From Catajapyx aquilonaris (Eukaryota), in NCBI GenBank assembly GCA_000934665.2, contig KZ537987.1:124001-182907 (forward strand): 58,907 nt of DNA. The letters run 5' to 3'. The translations under genes were made by a program, and so were the position numbers. A model generated the notes under the pieces. It did not search any database and was not told the DNA's origin. It was given only the letters and a program-made list of their open reading frames with translations. Position 1 is the first letter of the stretch, and each line of letters starts with the position of its first letter. Positions 51,940 through 58,907 of the stretch are shown here, one piece after another.

Positions 51940-52510
51940 CTACCCAGAATAATCACGATCTTTCAGGTTCTTGTTAACATTCAATCATTAAAAGTAACTT
52001 CTTATGTACTGCCAGACATAGCAAGGTTCATGGCATCAAATTGTTTCATATTAGGGAATTGCCAGGGAAAATAAATATGTGCAAAACTTTGAAATTCCAA
52101 TGATCTTTGTACTTATTCCTGAGAGCAGAGTTTACACCAGGTTTACAGTGCATTTCAATGGACTCCAGCTGATATTCATCACTTTTCTGACTGACATCAC
52201 ATGAGAATGGAGACGCAAACAGCTCAAAATCTTTCTCACACAATTTGAAAGTCTGTCATTTCGAATTCAGTAATTAACATTGTGATTATTTTTTTTCATA
52301 AGCATTGAAATTAAGTTCAAGTCCTTGTGCATATGACATTTGGGAATCTCAGAAGCTACATTTTTCCAGACTTCCCCACTGAACCTCATATGAAGGAATT
52401 TGTTGCTTTTCCATCACGAAATCGGTCGATATGTTGGCAATTGTCAGCTTGTTGGAATAGGACCATGGGCTGGAAATACGGTGCCTGCGGGCCGCATGTT
52501 TGAGACCTCT
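51940..52510 (-). mobile_element. Deleted hAT (Charlie/SPIN, GTF2IRD2-like) transposon
   Basis: Terminus CAGAGGTCTCAAACATGCGGCCCGC at 52510 and peptide DFELFASPFSCDV...YQLESIEMHC. Absent from the paralogous site at ~58220. Confidence 0.7.
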
Positions 52511-52549
52511 GGGTCAGAGCATTTCGTACCCATTGTACTCACTGAGGGG

Positions 52550-52729
52550 TCTTCTGTGTCCCGAAACTGCTTCACCCATCTTTCTGATGCTGTGATTGTC
52601 AGGGACTTTGTCGTGGCGTCCCAGCCCAAAATGGTGACAAAAGATCCCTTGTACAGCTATGGGCATCTCATTATTTTTAAAATACATCTCCATGACGAAT
52701 GGATGGTGTTCAGTTGACCATGATGCCAT
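52550..52729 (-). pseudogene. Tc1/mariner transposase N-terminal HTH (DUF4817-like) relic; second copy at 58270-58443
   Basis: MASWSTEHHPFVMEMYFKNNE...FGLGRHDKVPD..IR/WVKQFRDT, with a frameshift. Confidence 0.65.
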
Positions 52730-52827
52730 TATTTGTAAATGGCACATCTTTCCCACTCCTGCACATGCCCATATCCTGGGCATGCACAAACTACAACACT
52801 GTACCACGTGAATCAAATCCTGCTATA

Positions 52828-53245
52828 CAGGGTGAAGGGAAACTCATGAACAGTGGCCAGGTAGACTGATAGTACTCCCAAAACTAATATAGGGACGTGC
52901 AATTAGTTTTGGGCTCCTTTAAAGTGTAGAGGGCCGGATGGTAAATTATGAGGTAAAAACAACAAAGTACATGGGTGTTGTACCCAGATTTTTACTCTGA
53001 CGGCATTTGATCACCTCTGCACATGGACAATGAGTTACGGACCCAAGCCCGGATTGTTCGGAGGCCCTCGAGCTAGCTTTTGCTTCTTTGAAGCTAGCAG
53101 AACGGATGTGGCATCATGAAACTTTAACTGCGTCATCCCCATTAACTACGCAACGGTGCCAAAACAAATTGCACTAACCTGTATTAGTTTAATACTAGTA
53201 CTATCAGTTTACATGGCTATTGTCCAGGAGTTTCCCTTCACCCTG
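52828..53245. mobile_element. Tc1/mariner-type TIR element
   Basis: TA|CAGGGTGAAGGGAAACTC ... GAGTTTCCCTTCACCCTG|TA, imperfect TIRs of about 50 bp. The left end recurs at 58541. Confidence 0.75.
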
Positions 53246-53716
53246 TATAGTTTGCCCAACTCTGGTACTTATGCTTGCTGCAATGTAAAGGCATTTTTCT
53301 GCCATAGATTGAAACTAATGAAGTTTTTTTCCTCCAGGGAAACTGGAAGCAGGAGATGACTGAATTATTGACGGAACAAAATGAAGCAAGAAGCAGTGAT
53401 ATTATTTGCTCCATAAGTGAAATCTCATCCCTCTACCAGAGTAATGAAGTGGCTGATTCCTTCAATGGGCAATCGGAATTGCTTGTGTCTGGACATCAGG
53501 ATGTGAGTATTGCTTTGGAACAACTACAGTATGCATGGTTACTTGGATGCTGCATGTAAGAGAAATAGTGTGGCTGAGAGGGAATTCTTGTTTATGCAAA
53601 GCATGATGTGCTCTCGTGACACAGTCAAGCTGCCAAAAGTGTGGAACAGTAGCAACAATAGCTTAGAATAACTGGTTTATTATTTTATTATGGGGAAAAA
53701 GCCAACTCAATTTTAA

Positions 53717-55746
53717 CCCAGATATGCCTGAAAGATTTTTTGTTTAAATTTTGTTTTTTGTTTGTTTTTATTGGTTCATAATAGTCCCCACAACACAACA
53801 AAAATGATAAAAAAAATTATGGAATGCTAGATTGTAAGAAAAGGGCCGTCCCCTATAGGGGACACTCGGCAAATGTACCATCTAGTATGGAGCCCTATAC
53901 TGCACGAGGAAAACGTAAGATATAGACTGCTGTATTGAAATAAAGATAAAGGTTTAAAAAAAAAATTCATTGAAAAATATAGATAAGGAATGTTATAGCT
54001 AAGACCCAATGTCCTATATATAGGACATCTAATTTTGCAATGAGTGATTGCAACAAAAATATGAAATTCTGAAAAATGGCTTCTACACCTCCACTACATA
54101 AGGTTCTTTCAAAGTATTACTAAATAATTGCACAAATGGCTGCTCGGGTCTCAGGAGGGTATAACGGAAACTTGTTCATTGCGGAATTTTAGATTGACGT
54201 GCTATTCAGGTATGTACAGGTTTCGCTGTATATAAATATACAGTGAAACCTGTCCACAACGGACCCTGTGTATAACTTAACCTTGCCTATTGCGGAATTT
54301 TTCTGGTAACTGGCGTATGAAAATTACACAATTTCCGCTACATTCGACACGGAAATCGTGTTCGTTCCATACGCCAGTTACCAGAAAAAATCCGCAATAG
54401 GCAAGTTTTCGTTATCCACAGGGTCCGTTGTGGACAGGTTTTACTACCCATCTAGCTATATTCAGTGAAACCTGTGCATAGCGGAAATGCGGACTCGAAT
54501 ATTCCGCAATGAACAAGTTTTCGTTATATACCAGGTCCCTTATGGACAGGTTTTACATCCCATCTAGCTATATCAGTGAAATCTGCGCATGGCGAAAATG
54601 CACGGGATGATAAAATTTTCTGTAATGAGCAAGTTTCCGCTATATTCTACGCGGAAATCGTGTACTTTCCATACGCCCGTTACCAGAAAAATTTCGCAAT
54701 AGGCAAGGTTCCGTTATGTTCAGGGTCCGTTATGGACAGGATTCACTTTAGATAAATATGTAGTGAAACCTGTCCATAACGTAGCCTACCCTGAGTGTTA
54801 CACAAACTTGTCCATTATTGCGGAATTTTTCCGGGAACGGGCGTATGCGTAGGACATAAATACCGTGTTGAATATAGCGGAAACGGCTGATATACCGTAC
54901 TAGTCCTTATATTATATATTTATATCCGACATCGTTAAATGGTTCGCGTGCGATCCGCAAAAACAGCACCACTTTTTTTTTCTCCCCCCACTCTCTACCA
55001 CAATGCTTTGCGGCGTTGCAGCGTTCCCTTCCAATCTTACCCGTTTGGTGCTGATGACTAGGAAAATCGTAATTTTCAACGGAAACTTGTCAATTACGAT
55101 TTTTAGGGCACTGTGCTATTCTGCTATACACAGGTTTCACTGTATCCAAAAGCGAAAGTTTGTATGCATGTATGTTTGATTGTACATGGCAGTGGGTTAC
55201 CATAGCTACGAGGGTTCCTGGGTAACCCTCGTTTTAAAAATAGGGATTCATAAAAATTCAGTTCGACAAAACGCACAAAATCCGGACACAGACAGTAGCC
55301 TAGATTACCGGTACTTGACTTGCCGGTCCACATGTGGTGGATTTGCTGAGTGTCCCTCATAGGGGACAGCCGATTTCAACGCCACCCTCAGACAAGGAAA
55401 GTAAAAAATATGCCTATATTTCCACACCGACATCATCATTCATAAGTTTTCTAAGTATTACAAACAAAAAATGACTCACAATGCTAATCAACATTCGAGA
55501 ATTAATTACTAATCGTCTTCGGAACGTGGAGGTGCAGCCATTATTTCATGCGTTAAAATTCAAACTCCTGTATCCTAAAAAATCTGCTGCAATATTGAGC
55601 AGGTTTGAACTTGCATCGTTAGCTGGGACTCTCCTGAAGCCCCCGTGACTACTGCCAGCTCTTTAGCAGCAGAAGAACCTGCGCAAAAAATTAAAATGTA
55701 ACAACTGTGCAGGTGTCCCCTAAAGGGCACACTCGGCATATCTGGG
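53717..55746. mobile_element. Non-autonomous piggyBac-like element (2030 bp)
   Basis: TTAA|CCCAGATATGCC ... GGCATATCTGGG|TTAA. The paralogous intron at ~47535 has a single TTAA (empty site). Confidence 0.88.
54150..55143. repeat. Array of palindromic Tc1/pogo-type MITE units inside the piggyBac-like element
   Basis: Repeated TA-CAGTGAAACCTGT termini in both orientations (for example 54241-54445 and the end at 55142). Confidence 0.7.
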
Positions 55747-55972
55747 TTAATATCTCGAATTCAGATAAGTAAGTTAATCAAGTAAAGCATCCACCTTTTC
55801 TTAATTACCACAATCCACTCTGGCCTACATGAGTAGGACAGAGCATAGCCAATTGTCTCTACACATGTTGATTTGTTACTTTCTTATGTTTTGCAACTTA
55901 ATTTTGCATGTTGGTTTAAGGGGATAAAAGGTGTTTTGGCAGGAGTTAATTTTTATCAATTTCTTTCCAAAG

Positions 55973-56719
55973 AACCAGCTGCCTTCCAGGGACCCTTTTC
56001 AATGTGGCATCTGCAACAAGACTTTCAACATTCCATCTGCTCTGGAAGAATGTGTCAAGTCTCATGAAGTGAAAGTTGAACAGGAAGATGTGGTTGTGCA
56101 GGCATCTCAGTCAGGAGTCTCAGGACAACAAAACAGCTTGGTGGTACAGGGAGAATCATCTGGAGGAAGTGAATCTCCAGAGTATCTCCAGGCAAATGAG
56201 ACTGAGAGGACCCTATTAAGATGCAGAAGGAACGAAAAGGGAGGGAAAGGGGCCAAAAAACTTGCTTCGTTCTCGTGCCAACTGTGTTCATATGCTACCA
56301 GTGAAAAAGTGGAATTTGTTTCTCATCAGTTGGTCCATTCAGCACATGGTAAGGTCCATCCAGGAGGGAGTAAATCAAAAATTTTCTGCAAATTGTGTGG
56401 TGCCAGCTTTGCTACCCAAATTAATCAGTCTATTCATATGAAAGCTGTTCATCTTGGGTTAAAACCTTACCTGTGTGAGGTGTGTGGTATGGCATTTGGC
56501 TGTCCTTCTACTAGGAATAGGCACAGAAAGGTCCACACAGGTGAAAAACCATTCAGGTGTCATGTGTGCCTTCAATGCTGTGGAGCAAAATCTGATTTGA
56601 ATAAGCATATGCGCATACATACAGGAGAAAAGCCATATTCTTGCCAATTTTGCAATTGTAAGTTCGCGGATAATTCTTCCATGCATAAGCATATGCGACG
56701 TTATCATGCCTCAACCTGA
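55973..56719 (+). CDS. Zinc-finger gene copy B, finger exon
   Basis: ttccaaag|AAC acceptor. Intact paralog of 47764-48501. Confidence 0.85.
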   Translation, partial: NQLPSRDPFQCGICNKTFNIPSALEECVKSHEVKVEQEDVVVQASQSGVSGQQNSLVVQGESSGGSESPEYLQANETERTLLRCRRNEKGGKGAKKLASFSCQLCSYATSEKVEFVSHQLVHSAHGKVHPGGSKSKIFCKLCGASFATQINQSIHMKAVHLGLKPYLCEVCGMAFGCPSTRNRHRKVHTGEKPFRCHVCLQCCGAKSDLNKHMRIHTGEKPYSCQFCNCKFADNSSMHKHMRRYHAST

Positions 56720-57644
56720 ACCACACTCAATCCTGAGGTATCAAGGGACTTTCCCTGGAAGAAAATTTTGTGTAGTTATTGTGTTGTTACAGACGTTTGA
56801 GGGTATGGGAAACCACATTTTGCTACTGCCACTGTATGCTACTACTCAGAAGAAGCAACTATAGTTTGTTGTTTAATTTCAACTATTGCAACAAAAAGTT
56901 TGATATGCACTGAGTTCATTAGGATCTGTATCAAAATGTAAGGAATAATGCCCTGCACATGCAGGAGAAATGAAATGCAAGTTAAATGCAACACCAGGGC
57001 GAGCTGAGCCTGAGAAAAGACTTGGATGTGGATTGTGTACTGTGTAAATGTTGGTGATGGAGTTGCTGAGAAACATTTTCAGGGAGCATTTGTTAGTGAT
57101 TTCACTGATTTGTATGAAAGTCTATTCAAATACACATGTCATGGATTTCTCCAGCCCACAATTGAAGAGTTTGAACTAATTTTTAAAGGTCACTTTAACA
57201 GAATCAAGTGGACACTCTTATAATAATGATATGCACTGTCAAACTGAGTTTACATTCCAGGTTATACAGCTTGTGATGTTGCCTCGCTTCATGCAAATTA
57301 TCCTTTTGATCAAATTAGAAGACATTAACCTGTTTGGTGACATGGCTGTATAGTCAATGAAGAGCCCCAATGAAGCTCACGTCATGTGAATATTTATAAT
57401 ATTTGATTATAATATTTTAAATGGAAATGGGTATGGTGACTTGCATTCTGAACAGTTCCTTTGAGGTGAAGTGACGTCGATCCGAATGCGCCCAACATGG
57501 CGTCTGTCTAGGTCTCCTTTTTCTCTCCTTTCCCTTTCTTTCTTCTCTCCTCTGAACCCCCATCGCTTCGTTTCGTCACTTGCCCGCCTCTGGACAGGCT
57601 GAACTGAATCTCTGCAGTACCATTGTCGTAATTGGTGAGGAGAC

Positions 57645-57837
57645 ATGGCCACCCAGGGACACAACTTGCTGCCCCACATTCTGTCCCTCCTGGAACGAAG
57701 CCTGGCTCAGAATGACAGGATTGAGAGGACCATGGCAGAGATGGACAGGAGGATGGCCAGGATAGAAGGGTTCATCCTGAAGGAACAGGAGGAGAAAGGG
57801 AGAAAGAAGAGGAGGAGGAGGACTTCTCATGAAGAAG
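57645..57837 (+). CDS. Zinc-finger gene copy C, exon 1
   Basis: Paralog of copy A exon 1 with the same GAAG|gtttg phase-1 donor. Confidence 0.68.
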
Positions 57838-57920
57838 GTTTGGTGAAATATTCAAGCCCTATCTATGCCCATTGCATTTGCGGGAACATATACAATACTG
57901 TTGCTCTCTATTCCCTACAG

Positions 57921-58066
57921 AACTGCATCATGAAAGAAGCTCTGATGTATCTATCGAAGATCATCAGTCAGAGCAGCGTCTACATCAAGGGACTTCTGCA
58001 AGTTTTGATGTCCTTGGAGGAAACTTGGGACAGGCCAATGAACAAGTAAACACTCTGGAAGTACAG
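57921..58066 (+). CDS. Zinc-finger gene copy C, exon 2 (finger exon presumably beyond the window)
   Basis: ctacag|AA...CAG|gtgag, in frame with exon 1. Confidence 0.65.
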
Positions 58067-58907
58067 GTGAGCTGTACCTGAATTTGTGGTCAGCAGAACA
58101 CCATCCTACTATTTATTATTATTATGGAAACAATAACTGAAACACAATGTATGGTGGGCGAATATGCACAGCAGGTACATTGTCATCGGGTGAACGTGTA
58201 TCTGGCAGGTCGTTACAGAACTCTGGGGTAGAGCATTTCATACCCATTGTACCCATTGAGGGTTCCTCAGTGTCCCGGAACTGCTTCGCCCACCTTTCTG
58301 ATGGTGTGATGGTCGCTGGCTTTGTCGTGGCGTCCCAGCCCAAAATTGTGACAAAAGATCCCGTGTACAGTTATGGGCGGCTCATTATTTTAAAAATAAG
58401 CCTCCATGACGAATGGTTGGTGTTCAGCTGACCATAAAGCCATATTTGCAAATGGCACAACTTTCCCACTCCTGCGCATGCCCATATCCTGCGCATGCAC
58501 AAACTACAACACTGTACCACGTGAATCAAATCCTGCTATACAGGGAGAAGGGAAACTCATGGACAATCACCAGGTACACTGATAGTACTCGCAAAGCTTA
58601 TACAGAGACATGCAATTAGTTTTGGGTGGCGTCGGTGAGTCATTAATACGTGGCTCCTTTAAAGTGTAGAGGGCCGGATGGTAAAATATGAAGTAAAAAC
58701 AACAAAGTGCATGGGTGTTGTACCCGGATTTTTACTCTGACAGGATTTGATCACCTCTGCACATGGACAATGTGTTACGGACCCAAGACCGGATTGTTCA
58801 GAGGCCCTCGAGCTGGCTTTTACTTCCTTGAAGCTAGCAGAATGGTTGTGTCTTCACGAAACTTTGACTGCACCATACCCATGAGGGGTCGTCCATATAC
58901 CACGTGA

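Noticed and set aside
54150..54900. CRISPR-like repeat array
   Set aside because: The repeats are degenerate, occur in both orientations and lack unique equal-length spacers. The context is eukaryotic and no cas genes are present.
58690..58907. Possible Cys-rich transposase C-terminus on the - strand (SGLGSVTHCPC)
   Set aside because: Too short and degenerate to assign without a search.

Overview
Eukaryotic (most likely arthropod, judging from the EcKL kinases and transposon types) genomic DNA with three gene systems. (1) The 3' part of a TMTC3-like O-mannosyltransferase gene on +, with 8 phase-consistent coding exons from 6014 to 43528; its 5' exons are not in the window. (2) Three tandem ecdysteroid-kinase-like (EcKL) genes nested on the - strand in its 22.8-kb intron, bracketed by two inward-facing ~200-bp Helitron-like elements. 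(3) A tandem family of C2H2 zinc-finger genes (two complete, one running off the window end, one truncated) with an N-terminal heptad/basic domain that I do not recognise. Their DNA-contacting residues have diverged much more than the finger scaffold. The zinc-finger cluster is dense in transposons: a piggyBac-like TTAA insertion with a paralogous empty site, hAT, pogo and mariner relics, a SINE and MITEs. All family assignments come from reading motifs by eye; no database search was run.
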